From NCBI GenBank assembly GCA_002269645.1, contig NIVC01002040.1, positions 146,251-210,250 of the forward strand: a DNA stretch of 64,000 nucleotides, written 5' to 3'. Below are positions 12,401-24,500 of this stretch, one piece after another. Below the pieces are notes generated by a model. The model was not told where the DNA came from, did no database searches, and saw only the letters and a program-made list of their open reading frames with translations. The position numbers and the translations under genes are program-made. Numbering within the stretch: position 1 is the first letter of the stretch; each line of letters starts with the position of its first letter. This DNA is from Macrostomum lignano. Lineage: Eukaryota.

Positions 12401-15400
12401 ATCGCAGACCTACCGGAGAAGGCGAATGAAATCTGCTGTGCTGGTTGTATTGAGGATTACGCGTGTACCTAGGCGTAGGCATCAGCTGGTCATAGTTAGA
12501 TCCGCCATAGTCCCACAAGGTGACGTTCCCTAAGCGAAGATCACGTTCCGTTTCGCTATCAGACGAGGAGTCTTCAAAAGCGCTGTCCCGCAGCGAGGAT
12601 TTGCTAACGCTTGGTCGATGCTCGGAGTTCAACCGGCTGCGGAATAGCGTACTATTAGAGAAGTAGTCGCGAATTCTCGACACACCGAGCAGCGACATCA
12701 CACCAGAATTGTCGCCATTTGTTGGCTTGTATTCGTTCCATTCGGCCATTGCCGCTCTGTTATTACCTCGTATATGCTTGCTCAAAGTTTCAAGCGTAGT
12801 TCTAATCGGAGGAGTACTCGTAGAGTGTTAATAAAGACTGCGGTTTTATTTCCAACTGTGAGCGAGGCTGTGGCAGCCTATTAGAACGGTCGGTCAGCTC
12901 AGAAAGCAAGTAAAAAGATCGACAAACGCTTGATAATCAGCGGGTTATTCTTTTCCGTTCTTATCAGTTCGAGCTTATGCTGGCGAACAGAGTCAAAAAG
13001 CACTGACACTAGCCTTTGAATCAAAATTAATTCCCTTCTCATGCTTGAGTATTTTCTAGCTCATGCACACAATAACTGTGTAGTGTAAGACACTTGTGTT
13101 TTTTGATAACGGTGCACGAGTAACACCAGTGATGATACAATCGGGTAATCGCATTTTTGAACCTGTCACAGAGCTGCATTCTTATTTGAGCCAGCGTGCG
13201 GGAATGAAGGCAGTCGTGCAGGAATTAAATATTCTTATTTGATTCTGTCTGCAGAATTGCTGATCTTGCACGCTCAAGTGTGCAGAATTGATTTTGTCTA
13301 TGGCAAAATCTCCTTTAGATCTAATTTTAGCATATAGGAAGGATGCATCGTAGGCGTACCCGCGTAGGACTGATTTTGTCTATGGTTGAACTTAATGGTC
13401 TATGATTAAGATAGAATCAATTAAGAATGAGATTCATGAACGCTAACTCGTGCGTCATGGAAAAAAAACACTCGTGCGCGAATCTTTACTTTCGGCCATA
13501 GACAATAGAGCCAATCAAGCTGATAAAGGCAATTTAACAGTTCAAGACTCTTCTTTGTGGTTAAAAGACATTCACGTAGGGAATTTTAAACAAAGTATCG
13601 TGGTCACAGAAATTGATTTCTACACTTAAGACAGACTTTTTTTATGAAACTGTCCAGCCGATTGATTCTTTCTATTTCTTCTATTTGCTCTCCTTTCTTC
13701 TCTCTTCATCCAGACTCTATCGTTAGGTTAAAAATTTCTGCCGAGCACTGCACTAAACAAAGGTTCTGTTGACGCGACAAGATTTAGCATTCACTAGACA
13801 AGTGAACAGAACACACCGAAGCCGCCGTTTATCGTAACAAAATGAACTCGATTTGTCATGTCTCAAATGCGTGAAAGAAAAAAAACGGAAGAAACCCGAA
13901 TTTTCGAAGCGTAACTAGAGACCCTGGATCACAAAGTTATCAAAAAAACGTTTTACAAGCCCGACAGTGCGTGTGAGAATTCTCCAGGTGTTTCATTATG
14001 GCGAGTACGAGCAAGGTAAAGCAATTGGCACTTCAGATATAGTCTAGTATAGTGTCAAATTTATTATCTTTGAGTCGCACCATTCAAGTACCTGACAGTT
14101 TGTTGACCGCTCTGTTGCGCTTTGATTATCTTTGGAATGGCACAATCATGTCTGGCCTGAATCTATTTCTCTGTCTCTTGTTAGTTTGTATGTTTTTTTA
14201 TCATTACATTCAATCAGTGATATCTAACGATAAGGCATAATAATACTATAGAAGATCGGTCGAGCACACCGGAAAATTCTAGAACCAATAAAGTTCAACA
14301 GAGCTATTGTGTCAATTAGCTTTAACAATCAAATAATGGATTTACAAGCTGTCTAATCAGACAATGGGGGGTTGTCTGGAAGTGAGAATTTATGGTAATG
14401 ACCATAGACACGAGCGGCGATAGCTCGTGTAGACGACGAGACATAGAGCCGCTCGTGTCTATGGCCATTACCATGAATTCTCACTTCCAGCTAACTTCAT
14501 TGCTTAATTTGTCCACCAGGATCCGAGTTGGAAGGGGGAATGGAGGTGTGGGGGCGAAGCCCCACTAACAACTATAAGACTATTTTAGTTTACGCTCATA
14601 GACTCGTTCGTCTTCTAAAATGATATCCCGGTAAATTGCTTTATTGTCAATTTCAAACAATGACTGGTCATTGCTTGAATGTCATTACATTAACGTAAAT
14701 TACCATAGACATTTTGAACAATGACGATTTTCAAAGTAGATCGTAGCGATTCTCCAATATAATTGAGCTTCTGTCTATGGTAGCAAGGCTGGCACAGCGG
14801 CATTTAATTTGGTCCAACAAGCATCAATTTGGTCCATAGCTTCATTTGCAACTGCTGCGGTGGAGCAAGATCAGCCCCAGAATTGTGGACCATATGCTTG
14901 TGAAAGAAAAGGCTGCCGAACGAATGCCATTGGCTTGTGATCGAAGCACTGGACAGAGGTGAACACTCGAATGACATTGCAATGCTGTTGAATGTAAAAG
15001 AAAAGATGCTTTACGGCATCCATCAGCGCGTTGAAACCGCTGTCGGCAGAGATGATGCAGTTGAGACCAATCCTTTGTTCACGTTGCAGAAAATACAGCA
15101 GAAGTTGAAGGAACAGTTCCAGTTGGTTATCGGATTTCGACTATTAGCAGAGCTCCGGAAAAGCGACTGAAAAGGTTGGTAGAGACGCTGACATTCCAGC
15201 GGTACTCAACAACCTGCAGACGGTCGCGAGAAGGCAGGAGCATTTGGACCAAATTGATGCTTGTTGGACCAAATGAAATACCGCTGTGGCAGCCTTGCTA
15301 CCATAGACAAAAGCTTCGTTACATTGGCAAACGTATCCTGGATTAAATTCTACGCGCGTAGGCCCAAATGGGCTGCAAAAAGCTATACTAGGGGAATACA

Positions 15401-17519
15401 TAAGGTACAAACTGGCACAAACTTACCTGTTCAGCAAGAGGCGGCACTCGCAGCCGTTTCATAGCTGAGTGGCGATCCCCGTGCTCCAAATCAGTGATAT
15501 AAGTCTGCTCAACTCTGTTAATGAATTCGGTTACATCTTTGCTGAGATGAAATCTGGCCGATTCCACATTTCTAACACGCCACTGATAGCCGGATGAGTT
15601 GCCGAATACCTGAGAGTTAGAGCGAGTTTTTTGTTAGACTATTTGTTAAAGATGTTTCATGTACATGTACACTGCTACTCCCTAATTTTTATCCTGATTC
15701 CGGTTTTCTTTGATCTACATACGCCGCTATCCATTGTTCCTGTAAGACTGTTCTATGATGTAGGCTACTACCTCACTGTTCCTTTGATGTATGCCGCTAC
15801 CACTATTGTTCCTTTGATTAATGCATTCCGCTACTTAACTGTTGCTTTGATTGATGTATTCCGCTACCTCACAGTTCCTTTGATCTAAGCCGCTACCCGC
15901 TACTTCACTGTTCCTTTTATGTACGCCGCTATCTCACTGTTCCTTTGATCTAAGCCGCTACCTCACTGTTCCTTTAATGTACGCCGCTACCTCACTGTTC
16001 CTTTGATGTAAGCCGCTACCTTACTGTTCCTTTGATGTAAGCCGCTACCTCACTGTTCCTTTGATGTAAGCCGCTACCTCACTGTTCCTTTGATGTACGC
16101 CGCTACCTCACTGTTCCTTTGATGTAAGCCGCTACCTTACTGTTCCTTTTACCTAACTAATCATTTGATGTACGCCGCCCCTATTCAGACTATTTGATAG
16201 ACATCATTCAAATTACCTTGTCGTGCTTTTTAAGTATTTTACGAAATCCGGTAAAATTCAGAGTCTGATAATTCTGGAGAAGAATCAAATTGAGATAATA
16301 CTCTTGATAAGCCAGTTTAATGTCTTGCAGCTTCCTGAATCGCTTTTTCTTTTTCTTTCGTTCCTCTCGTCGACGCAGCACAGAACCGGGCAATATAGCT
16401 TTGCTAAACGTCTCGGACTCTCGATCTTTCTTGTCAGCCGGTTCCGTCACCTCTAATGTCATCTTTGATTGGATAAATTTTCGTTCAGCAACGTGCACTT
16501 TGTACTCTTTTAGTTCGGCTTCGAGGTCTTTTAACTTTCGTCTGGCTTCTGCGACTTTCTCGTTGAAAAAGTCGTTGATTTTGTTGAGCTCCTCTTCGCA
16601 CAGTTCGTAGAATTTGTCGTCCTTCTCCATTAGAAACACGGTGCGCTCGTACTCATCTAATTGACGATTAAATAAAAAATAAAAAAATTATTTTTTTAAG
16701 AAGCGCGATCGAGTGACACTATTAGTGACTGGATAGTGATAGAATGGGAAGGTAATTCATCTATGATAATAATTAGCTGTCACAAACTCTCTACCGACCC
16801 TAAATCTTATCCTAAACAAACCCTAACTCAAGTCGACTGACAAACTTACATTTCGAGCTCTCAGAGGGTGGCAGAGAATGGGAGTGACAGGATGCGAGTG
16901 ACATTGAATAAGAGTGACAGAACGGGAGCGATAAAATGGGTGAGTGACAGAGAATGACAGTGACTGGGAGTGAGATTGGGAGTGACAGACAATGAGGGAC
17001 TGGTGAAGAATGGGAGTGACGGAGAATAGGAGTGACGGAGAATGGGAGTGACGGAGATTGGGAGTGACAGAAAAGGAAGGACTGGTGGAGAATGGGAGTG
17101 ACGGAGATTGGGAGTGACAGAAAAGGAGGGACTGGTGAAGAATGGGAGTGACGGAGATTGGGAGTGACAATGGGAGTGACGGAGATTGGGAGTGATAGAA
17201 AAAGCGCAGTGACAGAAAATGAGGGAGTGACAGAATGGGAATGACAATGGGGAAATAACAGAAAATCAGAGTGACAGAATGGAAGAGTGGCAGATAGGTG
17301 AGGTAATGCGAGTCCCACTCACCCTCTTTAGATGCAGCCTCTTCAACGCATTTGTAGCAGAAATCTTTCAACTCCTGCAATACAAATACAATCAATATTT
17401 GCTTAATAAAGTGAAGAATAAGTGGACAGTGACAACTATTAGCAACTTACGTCATAGTCGATGTACTGAGTACGCCATTCGGGCGTTAAATGAGCTTGAA
17501 GATGTTCGGCAAACTTCAT
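7358..17519 (-). CDS. XPR1: XPR1-type SPX-EXS phosphate exporter, ~774 aa. Exons: 17519-17451, 17374-17323, 16656-16217, 15609-15427, 11085-10633, 9717-9513, 9207-9004, 8846(or 8888)-8605, 8218-7982, 7597-7358
   Basis: N-terminus [22 protein letters not shown]; SPX end [15 protein letters not shown]; [10 protein letters not shown]; EXS motifs [54 protein letters not shown]. All junctions GT-AG with consistent phases; exon 8 acceptor is ambiguous. Confidence 0.95.
7641..7910. repeat. 50-bp minisatellite, ~5 units, in last XPR1 intron
   Basis: GGGATTTATAATTTGGCGGCGAGATCAAAGACTGTACTAAAACACGTAGA repeats at 7641, 7691, etc. Confidence 0.9.
8270..8577. repeat. ~50-bp degenerate repeat built from AGGTCA/GGGTCA/GGTTCA hexamers (XPR1 intron 8)
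   Basis: AGGTCAGGGTCAATTAAGGTCAGGTTCA at 8301-8328, variants at 8353, 8401, 8451. Confidence 0.85.
9258..9432. repeat. (GATA)n microsatellite in XPR1 intron 6
   Basis: Near-perfect GATA run. Confidence 0.97.
9831..10505. repeat. 58-bp minisatellite, ~11.5 units, each with an internal inverted repeat GTCACACT...AGTGTGAC
   Basis: Period 58 read from line offsets; lies in XPR1 intron 5. Confidence 0.95.
11739..12749 (-). CDS. Nested intronic ORF (336 aa from first ATG), Ser/Arg-rich, probably disordered, acidic tract followed by KRRR; unknown protein
   Basis: Stop-free for >1 kb in non-repetitive ~50% GC sequence; ATG at 12749, AATAAA on the minus strand at 11688-11683, ~50 nt after the stop; inside XPR1 intron 4, same strand. 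Confidence 0.65.
   Translation of the reverse strand: MAEWNEYKPTNGDNSGVMSLLGVSRIRDYFSNSTLFRSRLNSEHRPSVSKSSLRDSAFEDSSSDSETERDLRLGNVTLWDYGGSNYDQLMPTPRYTRNPQYNQHSRFHSPSPVGLRSRNVSESCRATSGVNVDSYESGEYRSRVNSFTRQRLRSETTDYRHLSSFPNIHRLEEHPAIEEEPSSPDSPKKSLNVPSIIFEPAPPTQPALPPVSLTSACQLLLQRHWRSNSIRVDDVKKRDKDYFYDGDDDEDDNEDELYLKRRRLASTTDQGTPVVAFDVLDRRGSRLDTLQYLSTNCLPPDRRDFESTWALPENSCKLETYIRRYILHTTEPIKVF
14376..14490. mobile_element. MITE-like near-perfect hairpin (43-bp arms, 2 mismatches) with CCATAGAC/GTCTATGG core
   Basis: 14376-14418 is the reverse complement of 14448-14490 except at two positions; the 29-nt loop has a small CTCGT/ACGAG stem. Confidence 0.6.
14904..15420 (+). pseudogene. Degraded IS630/Tc1-superfamily transposase fragment (HTH region to first catalytic Asp)
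   Basis: [20 protein letters not shown] (HTH-like), [19 protein letters not shown], then in other frames [24 protein letters not shown] and LATIDKS...FYARRPKW resembling FIDES...YGRSPKG; stops and frameshifts. Family recognised from memory only. Confidence 0.5.
15760..16150. repeat. 29-bp minisatellite (GCCGCTACCTCACTGTTCCTTTGATGTAA)n in XPR1 intron 3
   Basis: Period 29 (16041 to 16070). Confidence 0.93.
16870..17290. repeat. Degenerate GGGAGTGAC(A/G)GA(G)AAT repeat in XPR1 intron 2
   Basis: Purine-rich short units; source of spurious HSHS/SVTP ORFs. Confidence 0.85.
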
Positions 17520-17911
17520 TGCATTCAGTTAAATTCCTAGCGTTGACAAGCGGCCAAGCACAGACTGTACCATCGATGAAGAGAATTGCTTTTTCTCTTT
17601 TAATCTGGCTGTGGAAAGTTTAAAAAGTTCATTTTCTAAAATAATATTTCGTTGTCAAACTAAACTGAAATAAAACGACAGCCGATAGATATTGTTTACA
17701 GACATATATGCCCATATGGATAAATAACTGAGCGCCAAAATGACAAGAAATACGCACTGATATACTGTACACGTCCCGAGCTATCATAAATGCTAGCTAT
17801 TTAGCTATTGGACGCTAAAAGATCTTATCGTCTTATCGCAATTTCTATCCATAGCTGGATCACATATGCTTTTCAGATGTTCAACCGCAATTCTGCACTG
17901 TAAATTTTGTG

Positions 17912-19640
17912 TCCATTGGGTCTAGATGGACAGTTATTCAGTGTCCATTGGGTCTAGATGGACAGTTATTTAGTGTCCATTGGGTCTAGATGGACAGTTA
18001 TTCAGTGTCCATTGGGTCTAGATGGACAGTTATTCAGTGTCCATTGGGTTTAGATGGACAGTTATTTAGTGTCCATTGGGTCTAGATGGACAGTTATTCA
18101 GTGTCCATTGGGTCTAGATGGACAGTTATTTAGTGTCTATGGGGTCTAGATGGACAGTTATTCAGTGTCCATTGGGTCTAGATGGACAGTTATTAAGTGT
18201 CCATGGGGTCTAGATGGACAGTTATTCAGTGTCCATTGGGTTTAGATGGACAGTTATTCAGTGTCCATTGGGTTTAGATGGACAGTTATTTAGTGTCCAT
18301 TGGGTTTAGATGGACAGTTATTTAGTGTCCATTGGGTCTAGATGGACAGTTATTAAGTGTCCATTGGGTCTAGATGGACAGTTATTCAGTGTCCATTGGG
18401 TCTAGATGGACAGTTATTCAGTGTCCATTGGGTTTGGATGGACAGTTATTTAGTGTCCATTGGGTCTAGATGGACAGTTATTTAGTGTCCATTGGGTCTA
18501 GATGGACAGTTATTCAGTGTCCATGGGGTCTAGATAGACAGTTATTCAGTGTCCATGGGGTCCAGATGGACAGTTATCCAGTGTCCATTGGGTCTAGATG
18601 GACAGTTATTCAGTGTCCATTGGGTCTAGATGGACAGTTATTTAGTGTCCATTGGGTCTAGATGGACAGTTATTTAGTGTCCATTGGGTCTAGTTGGACA
18701 GTTATTCAGTGTCCATGGGGTCTAGATGGACAGTTATTCAGTGTCCATTGGGTCTAGATGGACAGTTATTCAGTGTCTATGGGGTCTAGATGGACAGTTA
18801 TTCAGTGTCTATGGGGTTTAGATGGACAGTTATCCAGTGTCCATGGGGTCTAGATGGACAGTTATTCAGTGTCTATGGGGTCTAGATGGACAGTTATTAA
18901 GTGTCCATGAGGTCTAGATGGACAGTTATTAAGTGTCCATGGGGCCTAGATAGACAGTTATTCAGTGTCTATGGGGTCTAGATGGACAGTTATTCAGTGT
19001 CAATGAGGTCTAGATGGACAGTTATCCAGTGTCCATGGGGTCTAGATGGACAGTTATTCAGTGTCTATGGGGTCTAGATGGACAGTTATTAAGTGTCCAT
19101 GAGGTCTAGATGGACAGTTATTAAGTGTCCATGGGGCCTAGATAGACAGTTATTCAGTGTCTATGGGGTCTAGATGGACAGTTATTCAGTGTCAATGAGG
19201 TCTAGATGGACAGTTATTCAGTGTCCATGGGGTCTAGATAAACAGTTGTTCAGTGTCTATGGGGTCTAGATGGACAGTTATTCAGTGTCCATGAGGTCTA
19301 GATGGACAGTTATTAAGTGTCCATGGGGCCTAGATAGACAGTTATTCAGTGTCTATGGGGTCTAGATGGACAGTTATTCAGTGTCAATGAGGTCTAGATG
19401 GACAGTTATTCAGTGTCTATGGGGTCTAGATGGACAGTTATTAAGTGTCCATGAGGTCTAGATGGACAGTTATTAAGTGTCCATGGGGCCTAGATAGACA
19501 GTTATTCAGTGTCTATGGGGTCTAGATGGACAGTTATTCAGTGTCAATGAGGTCTAGATGGACAGTTATTCAGTGTCCATGGGGTCTAGATAAACAGTTG
19601 TTCAGTGTCTATGGGGTCTAGATGGACAGTTATTCAGTGT
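17912..19640. repeat. 32-bp satellite (GTCCATTGGGTCTAGATGGACAGTTATTCAGT)n, ~54 units, between AUH 3' end and XPR1 start
   Basis: Tandem units without unique spacers; each has a GTCCAT/ATGGAC inverted pair. Confidence 0.97.
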
Positions 19641-19875
19641 CTATGAGGTCTAGACGGACGATTCCTAACAAATACACTTTAAGAGCCTAAAAAAGGGAAA
19701 TGAAAAAACACAGTACAGTCAAAAACTTCATACAAAAGTAAGTCTCTTTTACACGATTTGTTTAATATATTTTGGAATTGCAAAAAAATATGTTATACAC
19801 TAACATACATTAAAGCCATAACATAACGCATTATTGAATTAATAATCGCTTTGTTAAAAACCGCTTTATTAAAAT

Positions 19876-21563
19876 CTACTCTCCAGTATAGACTGGGGTC
19901 CTCTTCTCCTTAAAAGCCCGAAGGCCTTCAAGCCTATCCTTAGTCGGTATCACTCTGGCGTAGCAATTCGCCTCAACGTCTAAAGCGGCTCGCATACTGC
20001 CGGCAGACATTCCATTGTCGATGGCCTTTTTAGCCATAGACAGCGCCACAGGGCCATTCTTGGCGATCTCGCTGGCCAGCTCTATGGCCGAGGCCAGCGC
20101 GGCGAATCCGTTGGCGCCTTGTTGCTGGGGCACCGACCGGCTCACTAGGCCAAGGGTTTGCGCCTCAGCGCCGGTTAGTACCTGGAAACGAAAAATAAAA
20201 TTATTCTCTTTTTGATACATATCGGTATCCATATTATTATATTTTTAAATAGATAAGTTGAATTGGTTTGGCATTCTAAACCAATTTACGCTATATATCG
20301 GTAGCTAACTTCAACTTGATATTAAATTACATACGATACATTTAGGTAGTTAGCTTCAACTTTATATTTAATTTACATATCGGTAGATCGACTCCAATCG
20401 ATTCAAACTGAACTCACCCTAGCGGTATAGATAAGCTCCTTAGCTAGGCTGGGTCCCAATACACTGGGCAATCGCTGGGTACCTCCGGCACCAGGAATTA
20501 TAGCCAGCCTGGTCTCAACCAAGCCTAGTCGAGCGTCGTCGCTAGCAACGCGAAGATCGCATGCCAGCGCCAGTTCCAGGCCGCCGCCAAGCGCCGCGCC
20601 GTCTATGGCAGCGACAGTGGGAAGTGGAAGTTCGGCCAACTCCTGACGGGAACAGAATTTCGGAAGTCTGCTGATTTTTGCTTGCTTAAAACTGCTTTTC
20701 TCTCTATAGCATATCACTCACTGGCTCCCTAGTACTCGTAGCTTCCACCCTTATCATGAATCAGTAGCTTCCATCATTAGCCTCAATCAGTAGCTTCCAT
20801 CTTTAGCCTCAACCACTAGCTTCTATCATTAGCTTCCATCCTTAGCCTCAACCACTAGATTCCATCTTTAGCCCCAACCACTAGCTTCCATAATTAGCCT
20901 CAACCAGTAGCTTCCATAATTAGCCCCAACCACTAGCTTCTATCCTTAGCCTCAACCACTAGCTTCCATCCTTAGCCTCAACCACTAGCTTCCATTCTTA
21001 GCCTCAACCAGTAGCTTCCATAATTAGCCCCAACCACTAGCTTCCATCCTTAGCCTCAACCACTAGCTTCCATAATTAGCCTCAATCAGTAGCTTCCATC
21101 CTTAGCCTCAACCACTAGCTTCCATAATTAGCCTCAATCAGTAGCTTCCATCATTAGCCTCAATTGACTCCAATTCCTATCTCTACCGACTCACCTGTAA
21201 AAGGTCCCTAGCCTTAGCAACAAACGGGCCAACGTCAGATTCGGGCATTGTGGCTCGCTCTTTCAAATCGGCACCAGCGCAGAACACGCCAGGCACGGCG
21301 CTGCCAAACACCAGAGCGCGTAGGGCGCGCTGACTTCGGACAGCGGCAAACGCCGATTCTAAAGCTCCAATAAGCGACTTGCTTAGAGCATTCTTAGCCT
21401 GTGGTCGGTTTAGTAAAGCTACGCAAACGCCTGGGCAACGATTGAAATCTAGGATTAACTCGTCTTGTTTATTAGATAAGCATCGAGCAGATTGCTGTTG
21501 GCACAGTGCCAACAGAGATGGACGAACTGATAGTTTTAGAGCATTGCTGATGCACAGTGCCAT
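19876..21563 (-). CDS. AUH: Methylglutaconyl-CoA hydratase / enoyl-CoA hydratase (AUH-like), 299 aa. Exons 21563-21195, 20642-20418, 20181-19876
   Basis: Crotonase motifs [77 protein letters not shown] fit AUH better than ECHDC2; transit-peptide-like N-terminus; phase-0 GT-AG junctions; AATAAA just after the stop. Confidence 0.9.
20745..21165. repeat. 26-bp minisatellite (CACTAGCTTCCATCCTTAGCCTCAAC)n in AUH intron 1
   Basis: ~15 tandem units. Confidence 0.93.
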
Positions 21564-24500
21564 AATTTGTGACACAGAAGCAGAATTGAAACACCTCGGT
21601 AAACTAATTGATTTGATTTATTTATGCAACAATTCTGCTAATATGAGCAGTACACAGCTATTGGCTTCCACTTTATCAACCAACATGAGTCAGTGATTAT
21701 GAGCTATAGACTTGATGCATTGTTTCTCTATAATCTCCGCATCAATATATTAATGTGTAGTGCATGTGCCCTTGTCGGTTTGTCAGGGCTTGTCTATGCA
21801 ATCTTAGTGGCTTCAGCTCCCCAGTATGGACATTAACCAAGAAAGTCTAAATGGACTTAGGTGCTGATGCTTGATATGCCTTGATCAGTGTCTTGTTTTG
21901 ATAGTGCATCTTGTTAACAGATTGCACACTTGTAGTGTGTTAATTTGTGTTTTAATTCTAATTTTAAAACCAAAAACATTTTGCATTACATGCAATAGGG
22001 ATATAAATGTATGCTATGATTTATAATTATACATCAAGTGTATTAGAGACATTCTATATGTGCATTAGAATTTTCTATGGCAAAGTAACCTTCCTGACTA
22101 TAGCCTTGGTATAAATCAATGCACATTTATTTGGCATACTTGTATACCATTTGGTATTAGTTTAAGCCTTAGTTTTTTAGCAATCTTCCATTTTTCTATC
22201 TAATATCCTACTTTGTAATGCAACAATTTTCTATAAAAGAAGCAACATTGCTGTACTACTCACTGAAGCCATCTGCAGACAAAATGTTGCTCATTGGATT
22301 AACAACATTCTTTTAAATTTTGTATATCTTCAAGAATATGGGATCTGGGAAACTGGCAATAAAGGACTATACAACTACATGTTAGTGCATATAGTTGGTT
22401 TTTCATTCATACCATTCTTCACTTTGCTGCTTTGATGAATATAAGAGGATATCAGTTTCAGTTAAGGATTCAGTTTTAAAGACACAGGTTCTTCTCCTAT
22501 GCCTATGATATTTTTATGTTACACTTCAATAAAAGAGTTGCTTGAACAATTGGCATCAAGAAATAACGTTTGACAAACTTTTCTGATTGCCTTTGGACAA
22601 ATTATCTTAGCTCCAATGGTAAAATCTGCAATTAATGCTTGGAAACTTATGCTTTGTGTTTTTTGATCATAGACAAAGACCAGTCAGTATAAACATGTTT
22701 ATAGGGATTTTGTAAACTTATAAAAAAGCTATTGGAGAAGTAATATAAGACAATAAATTTCTTTGCCTTTGGATAAAGAATTGTCCATTGTATAAACCAA
22801 GTTGGTATGCCTTAGTTTTAATCTTGTCAGTCAAAACATTTCTAATGAGTCACCTTTTGTGACACTTTTTGACTATGCCAAAAGCTCGAGTTGGATATTC
22901 CAAATGAACTCTTTTAGTTTAGTGCTCTAAGAAAAGTACATGCCTTATAGCTTCCATTTCTGCCTTTGTAAAGCATATGCATTTTTCAAAGGATGACTAA
23001 GAGCAAGCAGCATTTTACTAAAATCCCCTATAAATATATGGTTTAGATGCATAAAGTTGCAATTGCTTTGTCAACCAAGAGCTCAAGTAAGACTAAATTG
23101 TTTTGTTCAATCCCACTGTTACTGCATCAACCAGTGTTTCAAGCCATATATAAAATGAAGCAGCAATATTTATCCCCTAAAATGGCATACAAAAGGCATA
23201 ATTTGAATTATAAATGTCTGCACATAGCACTTTGGGTGATGGCCAGACCAAGACTTCAAAGTGGTCTCAACAAAACTACTTAAAAGGAATATAGCTTTCT
23301 CTTTTGCCTAGCAATGGCAACAAAGTCAGTGACAATGGACACTGATAAGCAGTACAACTGATAATAACAGAAAAGATGATGAAGCTAAAGACAGTAGCCA
23401 AAATGTCACATTGCCATAAAAATAAGTTTTCAAACTATTATGAAAACATTATGAAAAAACTTTTTAGAAATTTGGCTATTAGAAATAAGCTATTAGCATT
23501 ACCATTGGTATTAGAATTAGAAAAACTTTTAGAACAATTTTAAAACCAACAATTAAGCCTAAACATTTAATGAAGCAATTGAGCTAGAAGCCTATCTAAT
23601 AACATAGGTAATATCGAAACATATATAGGTAATAGGTAATATATAGATTTAAAGCCCTAACTAGGCTCTTCCTAGGCAAAGTTACATAAATTTAAAATAT
23701 AAAATAGAATGCAATTTTCCAATCTTCTCAAGAATCAAGATTAAGAATGAAATACTATCTTATAAAACCATTTATTAAATATACATAATTATTAAATTTA
23801 AATTGCTTTGTATATTATTGAGTAGCCCTTATTAAAGACTTTTTAAGCCTAGTTGTCAATTGTTGCATGGATAAAATAGTAGTTATGTGACTACTTTTAG
23901 CCATTAGCAACTTATTTATATAGGCTATTCTATGCTTTTTGCTTGTACACTGTATTAGTATTAGTAAGTATAAGCATTAAGTAAATGATACCACACTTAG
24001 CTTAAAATATAAAAAATGTTAAATGTGTATATACTCAAGACAAATATTTTTTCAACAATACCATGCTGATCAATAGCTATATAGCATTTACCAAAAGTGT
24101 TTATAAAATCAATATGTATTGTATTTGCCTTTATTCTATTTATAGCTATGATATTGAAATTTTGTTTTTATTGTTTCTATATATAAAACCTCATTTACAT
24201 TGCCAACTATTTGGTTTTGAAACATCCAAGGAGAAATTCCAACTTAAACTTGGAAGCAGCAAAATAGCCTGTCATTAGAGAAACTGGCCTTAGGAAATAA
24301 GTTAATTTGTGAGATAGGGCTTGCTATTAGCTGTATAAAAAAGCATCTTCAAGTGAAAATAGCTTTTATTCTGTTTGTATTAAGAGAATTTATCTGGCTA
24401 CTATGTTGCAACTTTGTATTATTATCTAGCTTTCAAGTATGAAGTAATATTAGATATGTATGAATATGAAAGAGAAGAAAACCAATAGTTATGTTGCATT

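Noticed and set aside
22200-23400. Possible decayed transposase/nuclease ORF on the minus strand (QQSEEWY)
   Set aside because: Too mutated to support any family call by eye.
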